From Eledone cirrhosa (lineage: Eukaryota), in contig OZ024761.1 in assembly GCA_964016885.1 (NCBI GenBank), forward strand, positions 25,668,001 through 25,732,000: a stretch of 64,000 nucleotides of DNA, read 5' to 3'. The notes beneath the pieces are model-generated. The model was not told where the DNA came from. It saw nothing but the letters and a program-made list of their open reading frames with translations, and did not search any database. Numbering within the stretch: the stretch's first letter is position 1; every line of letters starts with the position of its first letter. Made by a program: the position numbers and the translations under genes. Positions 25,898 through 44,359 of this stretch are shown here, piece after piece.

Positions 25898-26785
25898 CTT
25901 CCTCACCTGTTTAAGTATATTTATCATTATTTTGTATTTATTTGGCCTGGCTCTTGCATAATTCGGTGTTTGTTCAATTATTTTACTAACCTTACATGTG
26001 TTATTTGAGTAATTAATTTTACCATAATGTTGTCAGAGCTGACATGCATTGGCCGCCTGTGCGTAGTAGGACGTCTATCCAAATGAATGGTTTTCGACGA
26101 TATAACAGTGTAAAAACTCTATATATGTATATACATATTTAAGTGTGAAAAATCATGTGAAAACTCATTAGAACAGCTAAATGCTGTCAATGACAGCGAT
26201 GGCTAAAAAGGCATCAGAGGACAGAAACCAGCGGCCAGTGTTCAACAGAGAGACAATCCAAAATGTTGGTGACAAATAATGAAATATAAAAGAGAATGAA
26301 AGATGAGTTGGACAATGAAAAATGCACAGGCGCACAATAATGACTGGAAGGAGGAAATAAAGAAAGGTGATCTATAAGATAAGTTTACACACATAAACAC
26401 ACATTCAATCTAATCAGCCCCCAAACAAGCAAAATTGTTTCTCACGATTTAATAGAGGGTAGTATTTTAAAATGCTGGATCGTGCAGTAAGAGTAGAAAT
26501 ATATATATATACGATTATATATACACAAAGCTCAAATGTATATACATCATTATATATCATTAGACCACCAGTGACCTGTTGGGTCACGTCCGATTCAAAA
26601 TACTTTTTAAAAAATCATGTTCACTTGAAAATAATTTTTAAATAATTAGAATATACACAGACATGTATATGTATATATATAGTTATTTACGTACGTATAG
26701 CACGGAGTGCATGTGTATAAACACACACGCACCGTGTTATATATCGACGGTATTGTATTAGTTCAATGTGCGAGTCAGCACTGTG

Positions 26786-26845
26786 TTTATTAAGCTCTGA
26801 TGAAACCTGCCCAACGGTATGGATGAAACATTGTAAGCAAATAAA
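26786..26845 (+). ncRNA. Type I hammerhead motif, family G, in a PLE-like terminus ending near 26885
   Basis: tttattaa gct CTGATGA aa cctgcc caac ggtatgg at GAAAC att GTA agc aaataaa, followed by ttgagtat and (TA)n. Confidence 0.72.
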
Positions 26846-26884
26846 AACTGTTTGAGTATGAAAGCGTTCTTTGGTTTCATTTAC

Positions 26885-26928
<44 letters not shown>

Positions 26929-27000
26929 GTGTGTGTATGTATATATATATATATATTTATATAAAGGTTTGTGTGTATGTATATATATATATATATATAA

Positions 27001-27033
<33 letters not shown>

Positions 27034-27099
27034 AATATATATATGTGAGTGTATGTATATATGTATATATATAAATATATAGATATGTGTGTTTGTGTG

Positions 27100-27131
<32 letters not shown>

Positions 27132-27666
27132 ATGTGTGCGTATGTATGTATATATATAAATGTGTGTGTGTGTGTATATATGTATATATATATATATATA
27201 TGTGTGGGGGGAGCTCTGTGATCTATACACTGGGCATAGACACACACACACATATATATATATATATATTAAAATAACAGATTAAAGTTTAAGCAAAGAA
27301 TCGCTGCTTTCACCCTTATATATATAATATATATATATATATATACATATATGTGTGTGTGTGTGTGTGTGTGCGTGTGCGTGTGCGTGTGCGTGTGCGT
27401 GTGCACACATTTACGTTAGTTGTTAAGAACGAAAAAATAGTTCCTATAAAGCCAGAGTCCCTTGTGGAAATATTCTGACTTTAAATAAATTTTCTTAATC
27501 TTTGTCTAAAAATCTCTCTGATTTTTTTTTATATAGTTTCAATTGTTTTTGATGAGTCTAATTGTTGTTGTTGTTGTTGTTGTTGAAAGATGTTTATGTT
27601 GCTGACGTCGTTCTTCTTGCTTCCTCTACCTCTTCTCATTATTTTGTTATTGTTTTGTTATTGTAA

Positions 27667-27866
27667 GGGCGGTGGATTGGCAGTATTGGTAGAGGGTCGG
27701 ACGCCATGATTTGACGTTTAGAGTTACGGCCCTTGCCATTCTGAGTTCAAATCCCGCCGAGGTTAACTTTGCATTTCATCCTTACGGGGTCGATAAAATA
27801 AAGTACCAGTAATGTACTGAGTAATTGCTGGCCCCTTGTGCCTAAAGTAGAAACAATTATTATTAT
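27667..27866 (+). mobile_element. Deu/Nin SINE, full length, with (TAT)n tail
   Basis: Matches the family consensus. Confidence 0.92.
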
Positions 27867-28324
27867 CCCCTTAATCTCCTCCTTCACCTTCTACAACTCC
27901 TTGCTCTCACCTCCCTTCCGTCTTTCTCTCCTTTCAGCCATCCTTCCTTCACCACATTCTTTTCCATCCTTCCTCTGAAAGAACGTACAGAGAACGAGTT
28001 CTTAATCACTTATCAACTCTTAATCACAACGAGCAGATCGATGTCCCTGGTGGTGATTTTACGCAAATAAAACACAAAACAACACATTACAAATCAATAA
28101 AACAAAACAAACAAACAAAGAACAATAACAATTATATTAAACATAATATATAAAATAAAAAAAAACACAAACTTACATATACAGACATAAAAAGAAACAA
28201 ACATGATCATTAACAAATAAACCAAAGAATTGTAGAAAGCCAAAACAAAACAAACTAATAATAATAAACATTTATTATAGCAACAGCATTAAAAGCTGTC
28301 TAATGAATAGCAATAATAAAACAT

Positions 28325-28868
28325 AGAAGAAGAAGAAGAAGAAGAAGAAGAAGAAGAAGAAGAAGAAGAAGAAGAAGAAGAAAGAAAGAAAATAAAAATA
28401 AAAATAAGAAAAAGAACAAGAAAAAGAAGAAAAATAACATGAAGAAAAAGAAAAAGAAGAAAAAGAAGAAGAAAAGAAAGAAGAAAAAGAAGAAGAAAAG
28501 AAAGAAAAAAAAAGAAGACAAATCGAAGACGAAGAAGAAAAACAACTACAATAAAGCGATGAAAAAGGACAAGAAGAAAAGAGGAATAAAAAAAAGAAAA
28601 AATGAAGAAAGAGAAGAAGAAGGACAACAACAACAACAACATCAACAAAAAGAAGAAGAAGAAGAAGAAGAAGAAGAAGAAGAAGAAGAAGAAGAAGAGG
28701 AGGAGGGGAGGAAGAACGGAAGAAGAAAAAGAAGAAAAAAAGAATGAAGACGAATACGAATACGAAAAAGAAGAAGAACTACTATAACAACAACCACACC
28801 AACAACCTCAACAATGAGAAGATAAAGAAGAAAAACAATAAGGCGAATAAGACGAAGAAGAAGAAGCA
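28325..28868. repeat. (GAA)n/(CAA)n low-complexity tract
   Basis: Seen directly in the sequence. Confidence 0.93.
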
Positions 28869-29350
28869 ATGACAAGATAGAATTGTACGTTTGTTTGTTT
28901 TGGAGTAGTTTTGCTTTAATTATTTATACTGTTTAAGTAAAGTTAAATAGGATCTTAAAAGTTGAGTTGCTTTTAAAAGTTTATTTTACTCCAATTCCCC
29001 TGACCAAGGTTAAATATTTGAGAAGTAACGACAACGACCGCGATAAAGACGTTAGCAAACACACAGTGAGAATCAAAATAGATGTCAATGGGTACATTAG
29101 CTTAATTGGATTAAGCCAATCAACAGGTATAAAGCTTAATTAGAAAAGACAGGATGTGAAAATATAAGAGAACTACCTCCTCAACCGTCCTCTCCTGTGG
29201 GATTAGTTGATGGCCGTGGTTTTGGTTCCCAGTCGTAAAGTGTTTAAACTTTGTATGACTTTGTTAATAGGTTATGAAACTGTTCGACAGTGATAGATTG
29301 TTCCTTGGTTCGAAATCAATCTCTGAAACATGTCGCACACCAAAATACTA

Positions 29351-29567
29351 TAATTGCTTTTACTTTAGGCACAAAACCAGTAATTTGAGGGATTTAAAAT
29401 CGATTTCATCGACCCCAGTGCATTATTGGTGCTTTATTTAATCGACTATGTAAGGACGAAAGGCAATGCTAACCTGGGTGCGATTTGATCTCAAAACGTA
29501 AGGGTCATAACTGTATGCTACAAAGCATGGTGAGTCACGCTTTACTGATACTGCCAATCAGTCGCCC
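29351..29567 (-). mobile_element. Diverged Deu/Nin SINE, long subtype
   Basis: Reverse complement of the family consensus. Confidence 0.85.
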
Positions 29568-29974
29568 TATACCGAAATTCAATAATAACAACAGTTTTAT
29601 TTTATTTATCAAGTAGTAAAAAAATATCCCCAAATAATAAATCGGAAATATACAAGTCACATTGGTGATTATGGTGATTGCACGATTTCTTTTTACAGAC
29701 ATGCAGGCCAGTTCAGGAAGAAGATATCGATCATTCGTTGAGTTTTGAACTGCTTCAAGTACACATTAGAAAATAGTTTATAACCCCTGAAATATTATGT
29801 TGAAATATACTCGAAAAAACATTACTTTGTCATCATTTGCCCTTCGTATGTTCTACCATATTATACCGGCTTTTTTGAAAATTATCAGTCTTTTATTACA
29901 TAACTCAATAATGTTTCCCATGAACTACACAACATTATTGTATTTTTTTATATTTTATACGCAGGACGGTGAAG

Positions 29975-30022
<48 letters not shown>

Positions 30023-30754
30023 TTTAAACATTTTCTTCTGACGAACAATGTATATGTATTACTTTTATATAAAAGAATAAATGTGTTTAACGTGCAAAAG
30101 TCACACTTGCAAAATGGGGATTTAAAAGATGGGAATGTTGTGTGTGGCTGCGTGTTCGAACCCCACACTACACAGCAACTCCTGATATTCCCCATGCTGG
30201 AACACGTCTTCACATCATTGGACGTGACAGAGTTTAATGTGAAAGGACAGCAATGTGTTCAGCTGTAGCGGAACCACATCTAGCCAAGCTTTGTAACTGA
30301 CACTCTTTTGGACACAACAGGAAGCAAACATTGCGAGATATCTGATAAATAATAGGGTGTTCTGAAAGCTGCTACAATACGCAGAGAAATATAAAGATAA
30401 AAGATGGATTAAATGATTGACAGAACAAAACAGTATAATATTTTTCCCAATATATTTCTCCGTAATATTACAAGCTTTCATAAAAATAATGAGACGTCCA
30501 ATAACTTATGTTTTACGTTCATTTAAAAAGGTAGTGTTTACCTTGAATTATCATAAAGAATTAAATAAGGTAAAACAGGATTTGTTTCATAAGATATAGG
30601 AAGCTGAGCTTTATAGTTTCCCTTACAGATACATTTCCTGAGGATTCACACAGGATTTATTTTGGTTTCGTTTGGTTTGTCAATCTTATTAACTCACTAC
30701 CATTTTTTAAATTCTATCCGCATTGTAATAACTTTCAGAAATTCCTATTATTTA

Positions 30755-30797
30755 TTACGTATATATTTCACGGCTAATTGTGTGTTCATCAGCAGAC
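30755..30797 (-). ncRNA. Possible decayed hammerhead motif
   Basis: Reverse complement: CTGATGA ac...gt GAAA tata TA. Core intact but stems I and II are weak. Confidence 0.35.
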
Positions 30798-30963
30798 AAT
30801 GTTAGACGAGATTGTATAAATGGTGACATAAATGTCTCTAAGATTTACTAATGTTTGTTTTATCAATCATTTATTTTGTGGCTGTTTTTTTAGTTCGATG
30901 TCAACTTGTAAAGTTTAATCTATCAGAATCGTCTGTGTTGTTTATATTTCTGCACACCCAGAC

Positions 30964-33560
<2,597 letters not shown>

Positions 33561-34200
33561 AATTAGTAAACAACAACAAGAAGCACAACAACAAGAACAA
33601 CTCCACGTGTTATCTCGTTTCATTTCGACTGACATTGATTCATTAATTTCATGGAAAAAGGAACTCGTTTCTCCTACGCGGAATTATCTTACCGACTTTC
33701 TGAACGATATAACAAGATAACGCTATTTTTTTATTCTTTAATTTTATAACAAGATTTAAATGAGTCAAGTCAAGCATTGTACGAAAACAACTTGTGATGA
33801 GAACGAAGACTGCTTAGTCGTCTAGGTAGGAAATAAAATACATATTGTTGTCGTTGTTGTTATATTCACTGTCATTGTTGTTTTGACACCAAGTCAGTGC
33901 TGTTTGAGGTGACAGATGATCAAAGCCTTTAGAATCATGAGTATAACAAGTTTGTTGATTATTATTTTTTTTTTTTAATGTGTGTGTGTATTGTTTGTGT
34001 TTGTTTCTTCTTTGTTCATACAATTGTGTTGGACAATTAATTCCAACTAACAAAACAACATGATAGCACTAATCTAGAAGAAAAAAATTTGAAAAGGTAA
34101 TCAGGCTTTTACAAAAGGAAGAACAATAGCTCTCTAATAAGCTGGTATAAAACAAAATAATACCAATAATGATAAAGTATTATAGTAAATACGAACTTAA

Positions 34201-34267
34201 GCGCGGTTTAGCAGTATCGGTAGAGTGTTAGACGTCATTCTTTGAGGCATAGTCTTATGGCCGTTTA
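34201..34267 (+). mobile_element. 5' fragment of a Deu/Nin SINE
   Basis: gcagtatcggtagagtgttagacgtcattctttgaggcatag. Confidence 0.7.
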
Positions 34268-34451
34268 TTATAAGATAACATTGTGAACTTATATAAAAAC
34301 ATATTATTCAGATGAAATAAAATTAAACTAAAGGGAAAAACGAAAAAGTAAAAAAAAACAAAAAACTAAAGATAATGTAGCAACAAAGGAAATGTCGAAG
34401 GGAGAGTTAGTCAGACATTTCAGCTCAATCTGAGAGGTGAATAAATCATCT

Positions 34452-34610
34452 GATAGGCTTCCAAACGGTTTTCCTTTGTCCAATTTCACTCACAATGCAT
34501 GGTTTCAAAACAAGATATGGTAAATGACATGTACAATTTATAACATGCAGAGGGATCGAACGTGTGAATTTAAGATTGCAAGGCAAACTCATTAACCATT
34601 CAACTATGCT
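34452..34610 (-). mobile_element. Old tRNA-derived SINE of a different family
   Basis: Reverse complement shows a tRNA-like head (atagttgaatggttaa...gttcgatccc). Body gcttcc...aatttcactcacaatgcat resembles an octopus SINE, from memory. Confidence 0.5.
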
Positions 34611-34969
34611 TCATCCATTGTAATGTAATATCCCGCAAAATACATCTTACAGTCTTCAACATATACACCCCACACGGGATAATGTACATCTCAGGTAAAT
34701 AATTTTGGCAGAACAGACGCCATAATGAGGGCTGAGAATCCTTTTATCATAATTTTGTTAGAACTTGAAGTTAAAGTAGAACAACAACAGTAACAACAAG
34801 AGCGGAGTCAACAACAAGAATAACCACCAAGAGAAATATTAGCCAAATATTTCTGCTACATTTTACGTTAGACGAAATCGAAACTACAAGTCGACAACAA
34901 AAGCATCATGGAAGATGAAAGACCCGGACACAATGAACTTACTCGACAACCGTGTATATATCTGTGTAT

Positions 34970-35012
<43 letters not shown>

Positions 35013-35117
35013 GAGAGAGAGAGAGAGAGTGCGAGAGTGAGTGAGTAATTGAGAGAGATGTTTAACAAAGCAGATTGGGAGATGAAAGATTTAACTAACA
35101 TAAGAGAATATATACAC

Positions 35118-35148
<31 letters not shown>

Positions 35149-35157
35149 TACACAGCC

Positions 35158-35230
<73 letters not shown>

Positions 35231-35277
35231 CCCAAATCTCCCATTTCCGAGCCCCTTCTATGTATATATATGTGTGT

Positions 35278-35347
<70 letters not shown>

Positions 35348-35775
35348 AAATACATATATATACATCCACACACACACATATGTGTGTGTGTGGATGTATG
35401 TATGCATCTTTATCTAACCATCTCGAGCTAACTGAGGCCTTCTTGTAAAGTAAACAAACAGTGTAATTTCTCTGTGGGAAATAACAATGGCCTTTGATGA
35501 AGAACCTGGTCTACACATACACGTATACACGTACACACACATATATACATAGGTGTATATACACTTTCACACGTATATAAACACAAACAAACAGGCGGTC
35601 ACACATACACTCTCACACACGTACACATAGAGGGGCACACACGTACACAACCCCACCATGTATATATATATACTCATATATGTATATATGTTATCGATCA
35701 GGTGTAGACCAAAAATAACCACATTTCTTAGCTTGGAATACAATAATATGATAACAACAGGATAAATAACTTATT

Positions 35776-36091
35776 CTAGTTCTTCAGGATTATACGACCA
35801 CAGACACACAGAGGCTGTATGAACACACACACACACATACACACACACACAGGCACACACCCACACACATACACACACACACGCACACATACACACATAC
35901 ACGCACACACACACACGCACACACAGACGCACCCACACACACACATATATATATACTCACCAAACACACTTTCATAAACGTACAGATGTATGTTTGTATA
36001 TATGACGCACACGCACACACACATATATCTATATATATATATATACTCAGCAAACATACACTTTCTTAAACGTACAGATGTATGTATGTAT

Positions 36092-36174
<83 letters not shown>

Positions 36175-36242
36175 TATAGATGAGTGAGCATCTGAATATA
36201 TGTATGTATGTATTAGCGTATGTATATTTGGGTATATGGATG

Positions 36243-36278
<36 letters not shown>

Positions 36279-36900
36279 ATACATCAAACGAGAATGTACA
36301 CTCTGATCTGTTCTTAACACTACTGTTCCGTCATCATTCTATCATTCCATTTAGCTCCATTATTTGTGGAGAGGAGATAATAGAGGTGTGTGTGTGTGTA
36401 CGTGTGCGTATGTGTGAATGTGCGATTGGGCGATGTGTTTGATAATGTGTGTGTGTGTGTATGTGAATGTGAGAACGTACGCTATCGTGCGTGTACGTAT
36501 GTGTAAATCTGAGCTGGTTCGTGTTTACGTCAGTGTACTTGTTTGTGAATGTACATACGTGCGCGTACGTATGGGTCTGTATGTATGTGTGTGTGTATGT
36601 ATGTGTGTGTGTGTGTGTGTATGTATGTATGCGTGTGTGAATGTGCGCTCGTGCGTGTGTACGTCTGTGTACGTGTTTGTGAATGTGCGTACGTGTGCGT
36701 ACGTATGTGTCTGTAGGTATGCGTGTGTATGTATGTATGAGTGTATGAATGTGATTGTGCGCTCGTGCGTGTGCACGTTTGTGTACGTGTTTTTTTACGT
36801 ATGTGTGATATGCGCTTATGTGTATGTACGTATGCGTGAATGTCCGTTAGTACGTGTGTGTGTGTACCTATATATGAATCTGAGCGTGTGCGAGTGTATG

Positions 36901-36930
<30 letters not shown>
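35776..36930. repeat. CA/GT/TA low-complexity region
   Basis: Seen directly in the sequence. Confidence 0.85.
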
Positions 36931-36931
<1 letters not shown>

Positions 36932-36937
<6 letters not shown>

Positions 36938-37124
36938 GGAACCAGTAAGACCCCGACAGCTGAGCTCAAGCCGTCTCGACGGCTAATTCTCAGAATTAAC
37001 CGTCGAAACGGCTTGAGCTCAGCTGTCGGGGTCTTACTGGTTCCTATTATCCACTCTACTACCTCAAGTATTGAGTACTTTGGTGCGTTATGGTCCACCT
37101 GGTTCCTTACCACATTTCCTTCGT

Positions 37125-37126
<2 letters not shown>
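36932..37126. mobile_element. PLE-like terminus, family H: 119-bp palindrome (36932-37050) containing the 3' half of a hammerhead
   Basis: Fold-back centred on 36991. ccgtc GAAAC ggct tgagctc agct GTC gggg; ttgagtact at 37071; (TA)n flanks. Confidence 0.75.
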
Positions 37127-37161
<35 letters not shown>

Positions 37162-37379
37162 ATGTGTGCATCTATGTGTGTGTGAGTATGTGTGTGTGTG
37201 TGAGCCTGTGCATGTATTCTTAGATTATATGTATTTACTTTTGTATAGATTTATGTGTACATACGTACTGATAGTGTCTATACAATGATGGCCGTAAGTG
37301 TGTGGGCTTTAGGTGATTATTTTATGTATGTCTTGTAAGCATACTAACATACATACATACTTATACTATGTGTACAGAG

Positions 37380-37480
37380 ATATATATATATAAAGATATA
37401 TATATATATAAAGATATATATATTTAAAGATATATATATATATATATATAAATATATATGTATATACATATATGTAAATA

Positions 37481-37556
<76 letters not shown>

Positions 37557-38623
37557 AATATATATGTATATATATATATATATAAATATATATGTATATA
37601 TATATATATATATAAATATATATGTATATATAAAGATATATATATAAATAAGATATATATATATATAAATATATGTATATATATATATAAATAAGATATA
37701 TATATATATATATAAATATATGTATATATATATATAAATAAGATATATATATATATATATATATAAATATATGTATATATATATATAAATAAGATATATA
37801 TATATATATAAATATATATGTATATATATATATATGTATATATATATAAATATATATGTATATATATATGTGTATATATATATATATAAATATATATGTA
37901 TATATATATATATATATAAATATATATGTATATATATATATATATATATACACATATATATTTATATATATATATATATCTATATATACATATATATATA
38001 TATCTTATTTGTATATATATATATAAATAAGATATATATATATATAAATATATATGTATATATAGATATATATATATATAAATATATATGTATATATACA
38101 TATATACATATATTTATATATATATATATATCTATATATACATATATATTTATATATATATACATATCTTATTTGTATATATATATATATAAAGATGTAT
38201 ATATATATATATAAATATATATGTATAAAGATATATATATATAAATGTATATGTATATATATAGATATATATATGTATATAAAGATATATGTATATACAA
38301 GTATATATATATATATAAATATATAAATATATAAATATATATATATAAATTTATAAATATATAGATAAATATATATATTTAAATATATAAATATATATAT
38401 ATATATAAATATATAAATATATATAAATATGTTAATATATATATAAATATATATATATAAATATATATAAATATGTTAATATATATATAAATATATAAAT
38501 ATGTAAATATAAATATATAAATATAAATATATATAAATATATAAATATATATAAATATATATATATAAATATATATATACATATATATATAATTATATAT
38601 ATATATAAATATATATATTTATA
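37380..38623. repeat. (TA)n-derived satellite
   Basis: Seen directly in the sequence. Confidence 0.97.
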
Positions 38624-38836
38624 TTTCGTTTCTGAATTTATTTAGCAAGATTCTTTATCTGAAAACGTGTGTTGGAACCGATATTGTTATACTTTGGGAG
38701 GGTCATGTTGCCAATAAGAATCACACGCACCACTTGCTTTCACTTCATTTTATTCTAAATTAAATTCATAAATTTAGGAATTTATAAATTTCCGGTTGTT
38801 CGGTTGGTTCCATGACCAGACGATTGTTCATATATT

Positions 38837-38879
38837 GTCAAAGTTCTTTCGTCACACATTCTGTGACCTCTTCAGAGAC
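38837..38879 (-). ncRNA. Minimal hammerhead motif, family F
   Basis: Reverse complement: gtct CTGAAGA g GTCACA gaatg TGTGAC GAAA G AA CT T tgac. Confidence 0.72.
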
Positions 38880-39066
38880 TGGGGAGTCTTTTCTTTGTTT
38901 TTGTGCCTTTCCGTTGTTCTGTCCTACGCCATCTTGTTCTAGGTATGTGTTGTGTACTTAGTTCGCGCATGTGTTACATCCGAGTGTCTGTGTGTGTTTA
39001 TATTTGTTATTTACATTTCACTGGTTGGTTGTTTGTTATATGTGTGTTTGTGTTTTCATTTTGCCC

Positions 39067-39268
39067 TTAATTGTAAGTTGTGATGTTGCTGTTCCATTCA
39101 TGTTTTCTATTTAATTTTGGTTGGAGTTCATTCATGTTTATTGCCTCTGTGATTTGTCTAAACATTGCGTCCTTTCCGTGTGTAGATTTTATTTTTATTT
39201 CTATGTTCTCTGATTTACACTTATGTTCTATTTTAGCATGTTGCTGGAGTACAGATGATTCTTTACTA
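39067..39268 (-). pseudogene. C-terminal remnant of a PLE GIY-YIG endonuclease
   Basis: KESSVLQQHAKIEHKCKSENIEIKIKSTHGKDAMFRQITEAINMNELQPKLNRKHEW follows the S..H....H / R.I.EA..I....P.LN.K.E pattern of PLE endonuclease domains. Confidence 0.8.
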
Positions 39269-39606
39269 TCACTGAAGAGATCACAGAATGTGTGATGCAA
39301 GAACTTTGACAATATATGAACAATCGTCTGGTTGTGGAACCAACCAACCAACGGGAAATTTATAAATTTAATTGATGATAAATTGAAGTGAAAGCTTCTG
39401 GTGCGTGTGTTTTTTATTGCCAACATGACCCCCCCCCCAAGTATAACAAGATATATTTATATATATATATATATAAATAGATATATATATTTTTATATAT
39501 ATATATATATATATAAATATAAATATATATATATATAATAAATATATATATATAAATATAAATATATAAATATAATAAATATATATATATAAATATAAAT
39601 ATATAA

Positions 39607-39658
<52 letters not shown>

Positions 39659-39958
39659 TTGTACGGATATGTGTGAGTATGAAAAAATATATTTATATAC
39701 TTAACTTCATAAGTGTCAATACGCATCTTATCTGCGCATTATAAACTTACAGAGACATTAACCTTGAAATTTTGTATTTGCATCCATCTTTTTAGTATGC
39801 GTATACAAATTATACATACATTTTTGTAAAATATGTGTAAGGGTTTTACATGTATATACACACACCGAACTGCATTTAACCCTTTGTGTTTTCATTGGTC
39901 AATTTTGTTCCCAAACGGACCTGAAATTTTGAATTGTTGTTATTATCAATAAATATAC

Positions 39959-40113
39959 TTCATTATTTCTGAAGACGGCGTATATATGTGTTTGGTATGT
40001 ATATTTAATCTTGATAATTTGTATAATTTTGTATAATTTTGTACATAGATCTGTTGAATATGCATACCAATTCTAACACATATATATCCTAGAAACGATC
40101 GTTAAATAATGAA
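39959..40113 (+). ncRNA. Type I hammerhead motif with a 116-nt stem II, family E
   Basis: ttcattattt CTGAAGA [116-nt hairpin] GAAAC GATC GT T aaataatgaa. Perfect 10-bp stem I. Confidence 0.78.
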
Positions 40114-40187
40114 CTTTTTTTGTTTAATATAAGGAATTGTTTATTCATTATTTGTTTAATATTTTATATATATATATATATATTTAT

Positions 40188-40220
<33 letters not shown>

Positions 40221-40285
40221 TAAATATATATATATAAATATATATAAATATATAAATATTTATATATATATATATAAATATTTAT

Positions 40286-40320
<35 letters not shown>

Positions 40321-40355
40321 AATATATAAATATATAAATATTTATATATATATAG

Positions 40356-40390
<35 letters not shown>

Positions 40391-40455
40391 TATATAAATA
40401 TTTATATATATATATAGAAATATGTATATATATATATATATTTAAATATTTATAT

Positions 40456-40490
<35 letters not shown>

Positions 40491-40659
40491 AATATATATA
40501 AATATTTATATATATATATAGAAATATGTATATATATATATATATATAGAAATATTTATATATATATAAATATATAAATAATTATATATATATATAAATA
40601 TGTAAATATTAATATATATATATAAATATATATATATAAATATATATGAATATATTTAT

Positions 40660-40694
<35 letters not shown>

Positions 40695-40695
40695 A

Positions 40696-40729
<34 letters not shown>

Positions 40730-40926
40730 GTAGATAAATCTACCAAGAGTTTACGGTAGTGTCCAATCCGTATGAAGAACTCAATGTATTCCGGATATCA
40801 TGGAAAGAAGAGATGTAATGAAAAATCACTTTCGGTGAAAGATAAACGGAATACAGAGTCAAGATAAAATATTAAACAAATAATGAATAAAACAATGAAG
40901 CAGTTCCTTATATTAAACAAAAAAAG

Positions 40927-41081
40927 TTCATTATTTAACGATCGTTTCTAGGATATATATGTGTTAGAATTGGCATGCATATTCAACAGATCTATGTACA
41001 AAATTATACAAAATTATACAAACTATCAAGATTAAATATACATACCAAACACACATATATGCCGTCTTCAGAAATAATGAA
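40927..41081 (-). ncRNA. Type I hammerhead motif with a long stem II, family E, minus strand
   Basis: Reverse-complement counterpart of 39959-40113. Confidence 0.78.
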
Positions 41082-41201
41082 ATATATTTATTGATATATA
41101 TATATATATATATAAATATAAATATATGTAAATATATAAATATATATATATGTAAATATATAAATATATATAAATATATTTCTATATATATATAAATATT
41201 T

Positions 41202-41232
<31 letters not shown>

Positions 41233-41759
41233 AATATATATAAATATATTTCTATATATATATAAATATTTATATTTAAATATATATATATATATATATA
41301 TAAATATATGTATACATATACATATATATAAATATATGTATACACATATATTCAACACAAAGTGTATATGCCGTGCGTCTGACCGTAGGTGCATTATGAA
41401 ACGATATGTGTATATATATATATATATGTATATATGTGCGTTCGGGTATATACATATATGTGTGTGTGTGCATGTATATACATATATATGTGTGTGTTTA
41501 AGTTGTTTGTCTACGGAAGTATTAACGTATATTTGACGTTTCTTACTTCTATAGTAATTTGCCATGTTGTTTAAGTCTGTATGATTTTAATGATGTAGAT
41601 TCAAAATCAAAGGTTTGAATAACGTTAATTCGTAGTTAAATACTTACATGGAGAAGGTACTCTGTGATTATATTCTGCAGACTTTAGATATATATGGCTA
41701 TGTTTGGTATACATCTAACACACCGATGTCTTCACTGTCTGTTCCTATATAATTGCAAG

Positions 41760-43998
<2,239 letters not shown>

Positions 43999-44359
43999 AT
44001 CACACACCCACACACATACATAATATACACATATACGTTGGTGTGTGTCTGTGTACAGATTTATATGTATATACTTTCTGTAAATATATTTATGTCTGTA
44101 TTCTGTGCGCGTTATTAACTTCTAGACTACAGTTTTTTTTCTTTGTTTCATCAGATGTTACCGCTATAATTCCAATTACTTATTTGTCTTTGACATTCAG
44201 CTGACATTTTACTCTAAACTATATTCCTCGTTTCATATATTCCGCTTCGCAATTTCGTCTCTCCATACTTATGCTTGTCTACATCCAACTTGTTTCTATT
44301 GACAAACCACCAGCCCAACTATATGTTGTTATACAAGTGTTGGCTGAAAATTTCCTAGA

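Larger units (their letters stand above)
38624..39449 (-). mobile_element. 5'-truncated Penelope-like retroelement (family F) with an inverted pseudo-LTR
   Basis: On the minus strand: endonuclease C-terminus, 3' UTR, HHR, terminus. 39268-39449 is an inverted copy of about 38682-38879. (TA)n flanks. Confidence 0.85.
39944..41096. mobile_element. Tail-to-tail inverted pair of family E termini (39944-40166 plus; 40730-41096 minus) separated by a (TA)n tract
   Basis: Arms of about 225 bp are near reverse complements. Confidence 0.85.

Noticed and set aside
2832-28875. Poly-Glu/Lys/Arg or poly-Phe/Leu/Ser ORFs at about 2.9, 7.0 and 28.4 kb, and a His-rich ORF at 6354
   Set aside because: They arise from (GAA)n and (GAT/GGT)n simple repeats; no domain or splice evidence.
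34653-34694. 42-nt AG...GT bounded segment (FNIYTPHGIMYIS)
   Set aside because: Weak polypyrimidine tract and too short to support as an exon.
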